IMG/VR virus record: IMGVR_UViG_3300017963_000068
Span: 1-52,419 of that record
Reading direction: 5' to 3' (one strand)
DNA length: 52,419 bases
Source: a virus
Taxonomy: Duplodnaviria; Caudoviricetes
Program-made: the position numbers and the translations under genes
In this document: positions 1 through 9,634 of the stretch, piece by piece
Position numbering within the stretch: the first letter of the stretch is position 1
Layout: each line of letters begins with the position of its first letter
Notes under the pieces: generated by a model
Database searches by the model: none
Seen by the model: only the letters and a program-made list of their open reading frames with translations
Told to the model about the DNA's origin: nothing

Positions 1-123
1 ATGGGAGGACTCGCCCTCCGGCACGGCCACCACGCCCACGGCCGCCCACAGCTTGCGCGGCCCGGACGCCTCGAGGGCGCGGACCAGGGGGGCGAGGTTC
101 AGGCGCTTGGTAGCGTGGCGCCG
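1..123. repeat. Terminal direct repeat, left copy (circular assembly overlap)
   Basis: Bases 1-123 are identical to 52297-52419, and an ORF reads through the junction. Confidence 0.97.
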
Positions 124-147
124 GCGCTTGGGCTTGCGAATGATCAC
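1..147 (-). CDS. 5' part of baseplate spike protein (gpV-like), continues across the junction to 51862
   Basis: GTG at 147 overlaps the TGA of 144..1715 (GTGA). Reads MIIRKPKRRRHATKRLNLAPLVRALEASGPRKLWAAVGVVAVPEGESSH, in frame with the 51862..52335 ORF. Confidence 0.85.
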   Translation of the reverse strand, partial: MIIRKPKRRRHATKRLNLAPLVRALEASGPRKLWAAVGVVAVPEGESSH

Positions 148-1715
148 CGCCGTGTCCCCTCGAGGTGGTTTGCGGTTTTCGCTCCGGCGATCGTGCCGTC
201 TTTCTTGCGGCGCTTCTCCTGATTCTTGCGCGGCGTTTTCGCGTTCGGATCCCGGAGGCCGTCCACCACAATGAAGTCCAGGAGGCGGCCCTCGATTGAG
301 ATCCCGGTTTCGGAGTCATACTCGTAAGTGATCTCCGAAACCCGCAAGGGCCTGGTGAGGCCGCGTAGCTCCGTGTAGTGATTCGCGATCACCTCGGCCG
401 CGGCGTGGGTGAACCCGCGCGCGAGGAGGTGAGACACCTTTTCAGGCGCGCTCACCTTGTCATCCGACAAAAGCGCGTGATCCCGTGAGAACTCGGAGAA
501 GTTGAGCCGGAGCGCGTCACCGGCGGCGAGGTCCAGGAGGTCCCGGTCCTCCAGATCCTTGAGGTCCCGCGTTCGGAATATCACCTCGCGCTCCTCACGC
601 CCGAGGCGATCATAGCGGGCCTTTGCCATTTGCCGGAGGACGGCGCGATCGGTCACGCCGTACACTGGAACGATCTCGTATTCGTTCGTTTTCTTGATCG
701 AGGTGGACTCGCCTCCGCGTTTCAGCTTGCGGCTTGACTGTTTGACCTTTTGCCACGCCCCTTTCGGGTATTCGACCGTGATCGGCGCTCGATCGCGATC
801 GGAGTAGGCTTGCACGATGATCGAGGGAACGGTTTTCTTGCCGAGGTGGCGGGACAGCTCGAGGCTTTCGAGGTTCTGGCCCCAGCTCATCTCCCTGATC
901 CGTTGCTCGGAATCGTCCGTGAGGTTTTTCGGGTGTGTGATCACCACGTCCAGGCCGCGAACAAAGGCGATGAAACCGTGCCGCCGGACGGTTTTCGAGA
1001 TCACGTCCCAATATGTCGTGTCCTGTTCCACCGGAATGCCGCGGCGCTTGCCGCGCGTTTCGTTCTGGCCCACGCGCGGAAGCGAGGAGGGCTCGAGGTT
1101 CTCCACGCTCACCGTGAGGCGATCATCCGGATCGGCCATGGCCAGGATCTCCTCCACGAACTTGTCCAGGCGCTTGCCGGTTGGGATCCTTCTGGGCTTG
1201 CCTCCGTCCGTGGGCGGCCATTGGCGCCCGTCCAGATAGGCGGTGTAATCCTGGCCGCTGATCGTCACCCACCGGCCGCCGCTGTCATAGTTCGCCGTGA
1301 GGTCATCGAACAGGCCCGCCACCGTGGGCGCGGTTCCCCAGGTAAAGCGATCCTTGCTGTTCTGGAGGCCCACCTCGAGGCCCAGCTCCTCGAGGGGAGT
1401 CCGCTTGCGCCCGGACGTTGGCGCGTCCAGCTCGGAGAATTGCCGATCCATGAGGTTGGGATCGGCGAGCCCGCTTGTTTGGAACAGGTACACCTCCGCG
1501 GCGCCGGCGCGGACGAGCTGGGGGTCGACGGGAAAATCGTCCGCGTCGAATACCAGCTCCCACGAGTCCGGATCGTCGTAAGCGTTCCGGTGTACGGTGG
1601 CGGCCTTGGGGAGGACGGGGAGGATCAGCGGTTCCGTGTCGCGCGCGTCATCGCCGAACCCGTCGAATACCACCTGGAGGATCGCCCGGCATTGCGGATA
1701 ATAGACTCGCGACAC
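144..1715 (-). CDS. Baseplate hub / late control protein D-like
   Basis: 523 aa; lies between the LysM tube-initiator gene and gpV, the canonical hub position; TISGQDYT and TYWDVISKTVRRHGFIAFVRG segments resemble gpD-type hubs. Confidence 0.7.
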   Translation of the reverse strand: MSRVYYPQCRAILQVVFDGFGDDARDTEPLILPVLPKAATVHRNAYDDPDSWELVFDADDFPVDPQLVRAGAAEVYLFQTSGLADPNLMDRQFSELDAPTSGRKRTPLEELGLEVGLQNSKDRFTWGTAPTVAGLFDDLTANYDSGGRWVTISGQDYTAYLDGRQWPPTDGGKPRRIPTGKRLDKFVEEILAMADPDDRLTVSVENLEPSSLPRVGQNETRGKRRGIPVEQDTTYWDVISKTVRRHGFIAFVRGLDVVITHPKNLTDDSEQRIREMSWGQNLESLELSRHLGKKTVPSIIVQAYSDRDRAPITVEYPKGAWQKVKQSSRKLKRGGESTSIKKTNEYEIVPVYGVTDRAVLRQMAKARYDRLGREEREVIFRTRDLKDLEDRDLLDLAAGDALRLNFSEFSRDHALLSDDKVSAPEKVSHLLARGFTHAAAEVIANHYTELRGLTRPLRVSEITYEYDSETGISIEGRLLDFIVVDGLRDPNAKTPRKNQEKRRKKDGTIAGAKTANHLEGTRR

Positions 1716-1716
1716 G

Positions 1717-2826
1717 CTAGCCCGTCCCTCGCTCCGGGATGATCAGAAGCTCGTCCCCGGTCAACGTCATGGAACTGAGGGCGTTCCGCTCGGCGATCAG
1801 GCCCCAACAATGGGGCGTTCCGTAGAAACGCCGGCTGATCTTCATTAGGGATTCGCCGCGGTGTGGCCGGTAGAGGGCGAGCGCCGAGGGCTCCGCGCGC
1901 TCCTCCACGCCGAGGGCCGCGGCCCTCGAGGTCCCCAGCGCCACGCGCGTGCGGAAGCGGATCGAGCGGGACCAGGACTCATAATCCAGGACGGACATCG
2001 CCGTGGTGTGGGCGAGGTCCAGATCGGCCCGATATGCCGTCATGGTATCGAGGATCGAAAGCGCGTCATTCGCGGCTTGGCGGAATTGTGTCGCCATGCG
2101 GGTGAACGCCTCGATCGGACGGCTTTCCGTTTTCAAAAGCTCGCGCTGATCGAGGGTGTCCCCGATCGCGTTGCGATCCGTCACGAGCGAGGCGAGGGCC
2201 GCGTCGACGTCATCCGCGGCCGTGCCGCCCAGCGCCGTGCGCGGGGCGTAGTCCTGGGCGTCCAGAATGGCCGCCACCGTGATGTCCAGCTCATCATAGG
2301 CTTGCTGGGTTGACTTGGGGGACGCCGGCGAGCGGTCCTCCAGGTTGCCCTCGCCGGCCCTGGTGTGCGGATCGAACGTGAACGTGTAGCGGATATAATT
2401 CGAGCGCCGATACTCGAAATTCCAATCCGTGATCTGGCCCTCGAACGCCTGGCCCTGAAACTGGATCCGGACAAGGTTGCCGCGCTCGCACATGGCCTCG
2501 AAGCGGCGCATTTCCGCCGAGGCATACCCGGCGAAGTTGTATCGATCATCCCAGCGCCCGGCGAACTCGCTGGCTTTCTTGCTCGGCCCGAGGACTTGAA
2601 CGCTCGGCGTTCGCGCGCCGGAGTAGTCCGTCCGAACGTGGCGAAGCGTTCCGGCGATTCCCCACGGGGCGAGCGGACACGCTCGAGCGCCGCCCTTGTT
2701 CCCGTCCATGGGCCGCCGGTCGGATGTCCACTCAAAGATCGCGGACGGTCCTCCGTCCGGGCGTCCGCCGGTTTGGCGCCCGATGCGCCCGATCTCCTGG
2801 ATCGTGAATGCCCCAGCGCTCGCCAT
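1717..2826 (-). CDS. Tail tube initiator / baseplate protein with C-terminal LysM-like domain
   Basis: 369 aa; C-terminus YRPHRGESLMKISRRFYGTPHCWGLIAERNALSSMTLTGDELLIIP is LysM/gpX-like; follows the tape measure gene. Confidence 0.75.
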   Translation of the reverse strand: MASAGAFTIQEIGRIGRQTGGRPDGGPSAIFEWTSDRRPMDGNKGGARACPLAPWGIAGTLRHVRTDYSGARTPSVQVLGPSKKASEFAGRWDDRYNFAGYASAEMRRFEAMCERGNLVRIQFQGQAFEGQITDWNFEYRRSNYIRYTFTFDPHTRAGEGNLEDRSPASPKSTQQAYDELDITVAAILDAQDYAPRTALGGTAADDVDAALASLVTDRNAIGDTLDQRELLKTESRPIEAFTRMATQFRQAANDALSILDTMTAYRADLDLAHTTAMSVLDYESWSRSIRFRTRVALGTSRAAALGVEERAEPSALALYRPHRGESLMKISRRFYGTPHCWGLIAERNALSSMTLTGDELLIIPERGTG

Positions 2827-2827
2827 G

Positions 2828-4738
2828 CTACGGGCCTCCCCTGTAGGAGCCCGTCCTGGCGGCCTCCTGGAACGTAGTCACCAGATCGAAAACGAATCGA
2901 TCCGGATCCTCGGACTTGGCCTCGATTCGGTGGATCGTCACGTTGATCTTGGGCGGTTTCTTGAGGCCCTCGAGCTTGGGGAGGCCCTCGCCCTTCGCCG
3001 TGAGTCCGGCGGCCTGGGCGCTTTCGATCACCGCCGGGATGAATTTGCCCTCGAGCATTCGGGCAAAGTCCGCCACGGGATCCTGGGATTGACTGAGGAC
3101 GTAATCCAGGCGCGCGAAACTGGACTCGAGCGCGGCCACCGCGTAGTCCTCACCGGCCAGGCCCTTTTTCGTGGCCACACGCGCCGCCGCGCCGGCAAGC
3201 GCCTGTTGTGTCCAGGCGCCACGGTATCCGGGGAGGAGGTTTTCCTGTTTCGCATAGGTCGCGATCTGTTTGTACATGGCGCGGAGATCGTCCGCCTTGC
3301 TCGTGAGCGCTTCTGTTAGCTCCACCTCGCGGAGGTATGCCGCGGGCTCCTCCGCGCGCCAGGCGGCCATCTTCTCCGTGTAACCCGCGGCCCCCGGCGT
3401 CACGCCCCACTTGGCGCGCTCCTCCTGTAGCTTCGCCAGTTCGTCCATGCGCGCGCCGAAATGGCCCAGTTCCTTTTTCAGCTCGGGGAGGACCACCTCG
3501 CCACGTAGCGCCATGCCTTGCTCGATCCGCTTCCGCTCCTCCGCTCGGCGCTTCTCCTCGGCGCTGTGCCACCACTTGTAAAGGCCATAGAGCGCCGTCC
3601 CGGCGAGCCCGATCGCCGGCCCGAATGAGGCGAGCCTCGCCGTCACGTTGGCGATCCCGGCGCCGAACTTCGCCACGCCCAGGCCGGTTTCATTCATTTT
3701 CGCCATGAGGAGGCCGGCGCCAGCTCGGCGCGTCATGCGTCCGGCGAACCCGCCCACGGATTCGAGCATTCCTCCGGCCATGCCTCCGATCTTCCATGCG
3801 GCCCAGCCCTTGGCCACGGTGAGGAGGAGATCGGCGTGGTTCACGAAAAACGCGGCCACGTCCCGGATCAGGCCGAACACGTCCCGGAGCGTGCCGGCGA
3901 GGTTGCGGGCCATTTCGTCCACGCGATCGGTGTTCGCGGTGATCCACGTGTTCCAGCTTTTGATCTCGCTCGTGAGCGCGCGAAACATCGGCAAGCCCAC
4001 CTTGCCGAGGAAAATCTGGAGGTTGTCCTGGAACGTGGAATAGACGCCGGAAAAGCTGGTTTCCTGGGCCTTGGCCATGTTCGTGATCGCCTCGCTCGTG
4101 AGCGCGGCTTTCAGCGCGGCGGCCCTTTGTTGCTCGCTCATTTCGTTGAACGCGGCGCGGCCCTCCTCGCCGATCACGCCCATGGGCTCGAGGAGCGAGC
4201 GGGCGAAGCGATCGACAGAACGAACGCGGCCCATGAGAACGGACTCAATATCCCGCGCCGCCACCTCGGCCTCGATCCCGAACGCGCGCGCGGCCACCAC
4301 GGAGCCCGCCGTGATGTCCTCCAGATCCTTCATGCTCAGGCCCGCTTGCATGATCGGGCGGACGATGTTCGAGGCCATGGCCACCATGTCCGCCGTGGTC
4401 CCCACCGATCGCTTTGCGCGCTCCTGGAGTTGCCCCACGAGATCCACGGACTGTTCCATGGATTGAGTCCAGCCCTGGCCGGTGGTGAGCGAGATCATAC
4501 CGGCCATCTGGACGCGCGCCTGTTCCATGTTCGCGTTGAAACCCACGAGGGCTTTCCAGCCCGCGCGCGCTCCGAAGTAGGCGCCAGCTCCGGCCGCAAC
4601 CTTGCCCCACGCGGAGGACAGGAGCCCGGAGGACTTCGAGGCTTTCTCCACGTTCTGAGTCATGGTCCGCAAGCCTTTGGAGGCTTTGTCCTCCATGAGG
4701 TAGCGGAGCCGGATATCGTACATGGTAGTTTGGGCCAC
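2828..4738 (-). CDS. Tail tape measure protein
   Basis: 636 aa, helical and Ala/Gly-rich with hydrophobic segments; ETSFSGVYSTFQDNL motif; directly after the chaperone pair. Confidence 0.85.
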   Translation of the reverse strand: MAQTTMYDIRLRYLMEDKASKGLRTMTQNVEKASKSSGLLSSAWGKVAAGAGAYFGARAGWKALVGFNANMEQARVQMAGMISLTTGQGWTQSMEQSVDLVGQLQERAKRSVGTTADMVAMASNIVRPIMQAGLSMKDLEDITAGSVVAARAFGIEAEVAARDIESVLMGRVRSVDRFARSLLEPMGVIGEEGRAAFNEMSEQQRAAALKAALTSEAITNMAKAQETSFSGVYSTFQDNLQIFLGKVGLPMFRALTSEIKSWNTWITANTDRVDEMARNLAGTLRDVFGLIRDVAAFFVNHADLLLTVAKGWAAWKIGGMAGGMLESVGGFAGRMTRRAGAGLLMAKMNETGLGVAKFGAGIANVTARLASFGPAIGLAGTALYGLYKWWHSAEEKRRAEERKRIEQGMALRGEVVLPELKKELGHFGARMDELAKLQEERAKWGVTPGAAGYTEKMAAWRAEEPAAYLREVELTEALTSKADDLRAMYKQIATYAKQENLLPGYRGAWTQQALAGAAARVATKKGLAGEDYAVAALESSFARLDYVLSQSQDPVADFARMLEGKFIPAVIESAQAAGLTAKGEGLPKLEGLKKPPKINVTIHRIEAKSEDPDRFVFDLVTTFQEAARTGSYRGGP

Positions 4739-4745
4739 TCGTGAT

Positions 4746-5024
4746 CTACTTTCGCCAGGCTTTCGGCCTCGCCAAATGGCCCAGGCCCGCGCCGTTGTCC
4801 TCCGTGTCCGTGCGCTCGATCAGATCGTCAATCTCCGCATGTAGCGCCCAGCGTTCGTTCAGGGTGAGGCGCTGATATGCCTCCCAGCTCATGCCGTCCA
4901 CGTGCCACCCCACGCGGGTGAACTCGCGGAGGAGGCGCCGCATCACCCATCGATAGGCTGATCGCCGCTTTCCACCTCCTCGCTTCGCTTGCTGGGGAGA
5001 ACCACGGTTCCCCCCGCGATCGCT
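4746..5024 (-). CDS. Tail assembly chaperone GT extension (reached by -1 frameshift)
   Basis: The -1 frame is open from the A7 run at 5024-5030 to the stop at 4746 and includes the 66-aa ORF 4746..4946. Confidence 0.75.
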   Translation of the reverse strand, partial: SDRGGNRGSPQQAKRGGGKRRSAYRWVMRRLLREFTRVGWHVDGMSWEAYQRLTLNERWALHAEIDDLIERTDTEDNGAGLGHLARPKAWRK

Positions 5025-5365
5025 TTTTTTAGATCACCCGTGTCGACGCCATTCAGATCGTTGAAAAACGCCTCCACGTAGATCAGTGTCCTGTGGCTCC
5101 ACCTGTCCATTCCCATGAACGGGACGCCGTCGACGTTCACGGGCTCGCCGTCCACCTCCACCATGCTCAGGCGGATCGACTCGCGCCGATCGGCCTGGAT
5201 CGCCGCTACGGCGCTCCCCTTGAGCGCGGAGGTTGCGTGGGCGTCCGCCCAGATCGCGGATTGGATATCGTCCGTCGCCTCCAGCTCGCGCATTACCACT
5301 TCCCGGCAATCGCAATAGTCGGGGAGGGTGTAGCGCTTTCGCAGTCGCGGTGGTGCCTTGCTCAT
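4943..5365 (-). CDS. Tail assembly chaperone (gpG-like)
   Basis: 140 aa between tube and tape measure genes; strong RBS GACACAGGAG; contains a slippery site. Confidence 0.8.
   Translation of the reverse strand: MSKAPPRLRKRYTLPDYCDCREVVMRELEATDDIQSAIWADAHATSALKGSAVAAIQADRRESIRLSMVEVDGEPVNVDGVPFMGMDRWSHRTLIYVEAFFNDLNGVDTGDLKKAIAGGTVVLPSKRSEEVESGDQPIDG
4994..5030 (-). promoter_or_regulatory. Programmed -1 ribosomal frameshift signal (slippery heptamer plus hairpin)
   Basis: CTA AAA AAA (A_AAA_AAA) at 5030-5024, then an 8-nt spacer, then the stem-loop GGGGGGAACC-GT-GGTTCTCCCC. Confidence 0.8.
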
Positions 5366-5434
5366 GGTTCGTTCTCCTGTGTCGGTTGTGGGTGGGCCGG
5401 ACTACCCGGCCCGGGCTCGAACTGGTGGCGAGCG

Positions 5435-5878
5435 CTAGGCGCTCATCACCAGGACTTTCTTGCATTTGCCCTCGAACGGCGCGGACACGTATTCCTTGCG
5501 GCCCCCGAAACTGATCTCCGTGGGACGTAGGAACACCTCCTGGAGGACGTGGATCGCCGCGGTTTCGCCGCGCTCGCGGAACGCATAGATCACGGTGATC
5601 GTGATGTTCGGGTGGGCCGTGTGGGCGGCCTCGCGCGCCGTGATCGTTTGCAGGAAATCGATCACCTTGCGGTCCTGGATCTGGACGGTGAACGCCAGAT
5701 CATAGCCGTGGTGTTGATAGTCCAGGTCGGACTCCACCTCCCCAAGGAAATCCTCCTCGAGGAGATCGCCGCGCTCCGTGAGCGTGAACTCGGAGGCTTT
5801 GAAAAAGCTCCCCTCCTGGATCTGGCCGTCCACGGCCACCCGCATGGTGACTTCCTGGCCCCTGATTCGTAGCGACAT
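5435..5878 (-). CDS. Tail tube protein
   Basis: 147 aa, beta-rich, immediately downstream of the sheath gene; RBS TAGGAG. Confidence 0.75.
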   Translation of the reverse strand: MSLRIRGQEVTMRVAVDGQIQEGSFFKASEFTLTERGDLLEEDFLGEVESDLDYQHHGYDLAFTVQIQDRKVIDFLQTITAREAAHTAHPNITITVIYAFRERGETAAIHVLQEVFLRPTEISFGGRKEYVSAPFEGKCKKVLVMSA

Positions 5879-5924
5879 GGTGTGCTCCTATGGTGGTCGG
5901 TTCTGGGTTTCGCCGTGGTGGCTT

Positions 5925-7478
5925 CTATTGCTCCTCGATCGTGACGGTGGTTCCGATCACCGTTTCGAGGATCAGGTGGAGCATGTGGCCGATCAGGCGC
6001 ACGTCCCACCGGATCTTTTCGATTCCCTGGCCGCGGCTTTGCTCCGTGTTCATGGACTGATCGATCGCGAAGTCCGCCACGATCCGCCCGGCATCCTTGA
6101 GGGCGTTCGAGAACGCCACCAGCTCGCCGGCCATCTGGGCGCGGTTCTCGAGGGTGTTTTTCGCCTTGACGTAGAACCGGAGCCGATCGGCCGCGGAAAG
6201 CTGGAGGTAGTCCGCGCAACGCCGGCGGGCGATCTCGGTTTTGCCCGAGGTGAGAAGCGTCACCACCGCCGAACGAAACGAGAAAGCGCCGTCCGGTAGC
6301 TTCTCCAGGGTGGAGATTCCGGCGGCCCGGAGCGCCACCAGATCGCCGCGCGTCATGGTTTCGTTCGCGAGGCGCCGGATCCCGGATAGGTAGTCCGAAT
6401 TCGGACGCGCGCCCGGGTGGACGTCGACATCCGTTTGACTCCAGATCGAGGCCATGAACTCGTGGGGCGGGACTTGGATCTCCAGGCCCGTGTCCGGATC
6501 CAGGGTCCAGGCCGAATTGAAACACCACACGATCCGATCCGAACGGGTTGTGATATCCGTGCCCGCGTTCGTGATCTCGGTGGCCACCGCCTGGGCGTGG
6601 GTGCCGGCCCAGGTCAAGAAAACCTTGTCCGCGAGGAGCGGGGCCAGCGTCACCATTTCGCCATTGAGGGCGTTCTGATCGACGGCGGCGCCGGCGAATA
6701 GGATCCCGTAGGGTCCGGGCGTGTAGGCCAGATCGTCCAGCGCCGCGATCTCCTGGGCGCTCGCGATCGTGCCGTCCGCTCCGTCCTGATCGGTCCAGGC
6801 GGCCCCCACGGCGCCGAGGGCCACCCAATTGTCCGTATCCCGCGCCGCCACGAAATCGGTTTCCGTGATCGTGGACGAATTCGCGGGCCGTCCGCTGGCC
6901 ACCTTTGTGAGATCGATCCAGCGCGCCACGTCATCGCCCACCACCTCGGCGAGGTTGTCATCCGCGGCGGTTTTGATGTTCAGGTTCTCGAACGTGACGA
7001 TCTCCCCGAGGTATTTCACCTCGAGGTTGAAATGATCGGCGTTGCCGTCCGAGGCGTCCACGATCCGCCAGTAGAGGTCACCGCCCCACGCGCCCGCGGA
7101 GCTGGCGGCGATCTTCAGGACTTCCGTTCCGGCGCCGTCCACGCCCTCCTCGGCGGTGAAAAACGCCTCATCGGCATCCGAGGCCACCACGCGCCGAACG
7201 TAGAGGGTTCCGAACGGCTTATTGAGGAGCGCGCGCCACACCTGGCCCACGAGCGGGCCGCCGGAGCCACGATCGCGTCCGCCGTACACCTCGAGGAAAC
7301 GCGAGGTCGACGTGATCATCTGGACGGTGGACGGGCCGCGGACGCACACGCCAGCGATCCCGGTCGCGCCGAGGTTGCGGCCCTGAATGAATCCGGGCGG
7401 ATCTTTCTCCACCACGTAGAGGCCCTCCACCTCCGTGAACTCGGCCGGGTTGCTCGTGAAGTAGACATCTTGCGCCAT
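5925..7478 (-). CDS. Contractile tail sheath protein
   Basis: 517 aa; N-terminal GLYVVEKDPPGFIQG...GIAGVCVRGP and LYVRRV; C-terminal EIARRRCADYLQ typical of sheath proteins. Confidence 0.9.
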   Translation of the reverse strand: MAQDVYFTSNPAEFTEVEGLYVVEKDPPGFIQGRNLGATGIAGVCVRGPSTVQMITSTSRFLEVYGGRDRGSGGPLVGQVWRALLNKPFGTLYVRRVVASDADEAFFTAEEGVDGAGTEVLKIAASSAGAWGGDLYWRIVDASDGNADHFNLEVKYLGEIVTFENLNIKTAADDNLAEVVGDDVARWIDLTKVASGRPANSSTITETDFVAARDTDNWVALGAVGAAWTDQDGADGTIASAQEIAALDDLAYTPGPYGILFAGAAVDQNALNGEMVTLAPLLADKVFLTWAGTHAQAVATEITNAGTDITTRSDRIVWCFNSAWTLDPDTGLEIQVPPHEFMASIWSQTDVDVHPGARPNSDYLSGIRRLANETMTRGDLVALRAAGISTLEKLPDGAFSFRSAVVTLLTSGKTEIARRRCADYLQLSAADRLRFYVKAKNTLENRAQMAGELVAFSNALKDAGRIVADFAIDQSMNTEQSRGQGIEKIRWDVRLIGHMLHLILETVIGTTVTIEEQ

Positions 7479-7494
7479 CGTTTGCTCCTGTGGG

Positions 7495-8103
7495 TTACGG
7501 GGCGGGCGAGATTGTCCCGTCCTCGGCGACTATGACCACCTCCACGCTCGGCGGTCCAAAGGGTGAGGCTCCGAACTCCTCGGTGAGTCCGATCTGAAGT
7601 TGATCGATTGTCCAGGCGCCCAGGCGCGTGACTAGGGCCGGGATGATCCCGTTCACTTGGGTGATCGAATAGTAGGCTTTGTCAAAGGCCGCTTCATTCC
7701 GCCACTCGTCCTCCTGTAGCTCCCAGGAGGCGCGGAACTCGAGCGGACATGCCGCCACGTCCGTGAGGAGAATCCCCGGGTGTAGCGGCGTTGACAGGAA
7801 CAGGTCGATGATCTTTTGCTCGAGCGCGATCCGGGTGTAGATATCCGCGGCGCCGAGGCGAAACTGGACGCGCGCGGTATGCGCCCCCACTTCCATGATC
7901 ACCCGATCGGGCGCCGGTGAGTCCACCTCGCGCGCCTGGTTCGGCTCGTAGGCCCACGTCACCGGAATGATCGCCAGGTGGGGCCATCTGATCTCGCGCG
8001 AGCCCGGCGCCTGGCCGATACAGATCCGATCTTTCAGCTCGGGCACGGCGCACGCGATCTCCTTGCCCAGTTGCTTGAGCGCCTCGAGGCGGACGATCGC
8101 CAT
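7495..8103 (-). CDS. Putative tail terminator / neck protein
   Basis: 202 aa from ATG 8103 (TAATG overlap with the upstream gene); directly before the sheath gene. Confidence 0.55.
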   Translation of the reverse strand: MAIVRLEALKQLGKEIACAVPELKDRICIGQAPGSREIRWPHLAIIPVTWAYEPNQAREVDSPAPDRVIMEVGAHTARVQFRLGAADIYTRIALEQKIIDLFLSTPLHPGILLTDVAACPLEFRASWELQEDEWRNEAAFDKAYYSITQVNGIIPALVTRLGAWTIDQLQIGLTEEFGASPFGPPSVEVVIVAEDGTISPAP

Positions 8104-8735
8104 TACTTGCCCTCCGGACTTTTCGCCGTGGCGAGCTTTTTCAGGAGGCGCACGAATTCGATCGCCACGTAGTCCTGGAGGTGGGGGAGGAGCTTCTGGA
8201 CGAAATAGGTTGGCTTCTGGCCCTCCTCGCGGAGGCGCTTCACGATTCCATACGTGATCGAGGCAAGCTCCGGGTGTTGCTCCCACACCTCGCCACCGCC
8301 GCGGCCGTAGGTTTTCCACCCGCCGGCGTCGACGCGCTTTTTCTTGCCCGATTTCGTAACCATGCCGAAATAGTCACGGTGGCGGTAAACCCACCAGTAG
8401 ATCGCCTCCCAGCCCTCGCGGCTTACGGGGTGAGGGCGCGCGCCGTGTTCCACAATCCCGGCGTGTGGGGCATTGTTCTGGATCACCAGGAGGGTGGCCT
8501 CGCGATCGAACGCGGCGGACACGCCTGCGATCTTGGCGCCGGTGCGTTTCAGCTCCCAGCTCGAGCGGAGTTGCCCGAGGTCGGACGGGCTCGCTCGCCG
8601 TAGGACGCCGAGGCCGCGCGCGCCACCGCGGAGGACGGCGCGCTGGACGGCTTTCCTCGCGGCGTTGTCACGTTGCCGGAGGAGCGCCGCCAGCTTGCCC
8701 GGCGTGGTTTGGATCGCCTTGCTAGAAACGGCCAT
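8103..8735 (-). CDS. HK97 gp10-like tail completion / neck protein
   Basis: SPSDLGQLRSSW and NNAPHAGIVEHGARPH motifs of the HK97-gp10 family; basic protein. Confidence 0.75.
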   Translation of the reverse strand: MAVSSKAIQTTPGKLAALLRQRDNAARKAVQRAVLRGGARGLGVLRRASPSDLGQLRSSWELKRTGAKIAGVSAAFDREATLLVIQNNAPHAGIVEHGARPHPVSREGWEAIYWWVYRHRDYFGMVTKSGKKKRVDAGGWKTYGRGGGEVWEQHPELASITYGIVKRLREEGQKPTYFVQKLLPHLQDYVAIEFVRLLKKLATAKSPEGK

Positions 8736-8736
8736 C

Positions 8737-9219
8737 CTAGCCCGCCTCCGCTACAGCTCGGAGCCAAAGGATCCAGCCCATATCCTTTTCCCGGTCCACG
8801 AACGGGGGCCGGGTGTGCTGATAGTAGCGATCGCGCTGGGCCTGGCCGTGGGCCTCGCTCACGCGGATCAGCCACTCCTGGTTCGGCCGGAGGGCGCCGC
8901 CGCCGTCGATCTCCGCTTGCGTATAGGTGATCGACACCTCGGTGAGCTTGATCTCCCCGGCCTCATCTAGCCCGCATGGTTCCATGGAGTAGCGGAGGCC
9001 GTCCCACACCAGGACTCGAGGTTGCGGGCGAAGCTCGCGAACCACGTCCGTGGCCTGGCCCTGGCCGATCATCGATCCCGACCATGAACGCTCCACCGTG
9101 AACACGCGGTAAGCGCGCACGCCGAACGCCGGGTGGAGATCCTCGCGGAGGCCGTCGATCACGTCCTCCACCAGGCCGTCCACCAGGACATCGGGATCGA
9201 GTATTGCGGCGCCGCCCAT
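8737..9219 (-). CDS. Putative head closure (head-tail adaptor) protein
   Basis: 160 aa, beta-rich; position between connector and gp10-like genes. Confidence 0.5.
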   Translation of the reverse strand: MGGAAILDPDVLVDGLVEDVIDGLREDLHPAFGVRAYRVFTVERSWSGSMIGQGQATDVVRELRPQPRVLVWDGLRYSMEPCGLDEAGEIKLTEVSITYTQAEIDGGGALRPNQEWLIRVSEAHGQAQRDRYYQHTRPPFVDREKDMGWILWLRAVAEAG

Positions 9220-9224
9220 GGTTT

Positions 9225-9518
9225 CTAGTCGCTATCCGCGACACCTCCCACGCGCCACTTGATCGCCCCGCTGGTGAACGCGGTAACGGCCAGGCGGGCC
9301 TTGCGGGCCGCCGGTAGCGCTATGAACTCGGGGGCCGTTTTCCCGGTCGCGAACTTGGAAAAATTCGTCCCGTCGATCGACAGCTCCACGTCATAGGTCC
9401 CCACGAACGTGCCGAACACCTGGATCCCGGAGTTGACACAAAAGCGGTGATACTCCACCGCGTCCGTGTTTCCGGTCCCGGTGGCGTCCACGCCGGCCAC
9501 GTTATCAAATACGCTCAT
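9225..9518 (-). CDS. Small beta-sandwich protein, putative virion decoration (paralog of 17779..18090)
   Basis: 97 aa; RBS CAGGAG; shares GTFV-x-T-x-DVE, TGKTxP and RLxxTAxTSG motifs with 17779..18090. Confidence 0.55.
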   Translation of the reverse strand: MSVFDNVAGVDATGTGNTDAVEYHRFCVNSGIQVFGTFVGTYDVELSIDGTNFSKFATGKTAPEFIALPAARKARLAVTAFTSGAIKWRVGGVADSD

Positions 9519-9634
9519 CGGTCACGCTCCTGAATGACTCGGACGCCCGCCCCCATGGTCGACACTGGAGTAGTAGGCACCATAGGGACGGGCGCCCTTG
9601 TCAAATCGTGGTGTGTGCAACAAAGATCCATGTT

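Noticed and set aside
1-123. Terminal repeat as a biological direct terminal repeat
   Set aside because: It falls mid-gene (gpV) with no regulatory features and has the size of an assembler k-mer overlap; it supports circularity, not physical ends.
9579-9604. TTGACA followed by TATGGT upstream of 9225..9518
   Set aside because: The spacer is only 14 nt, so it was not called a sigma70 promoter, although the gap may hold another promoter type.
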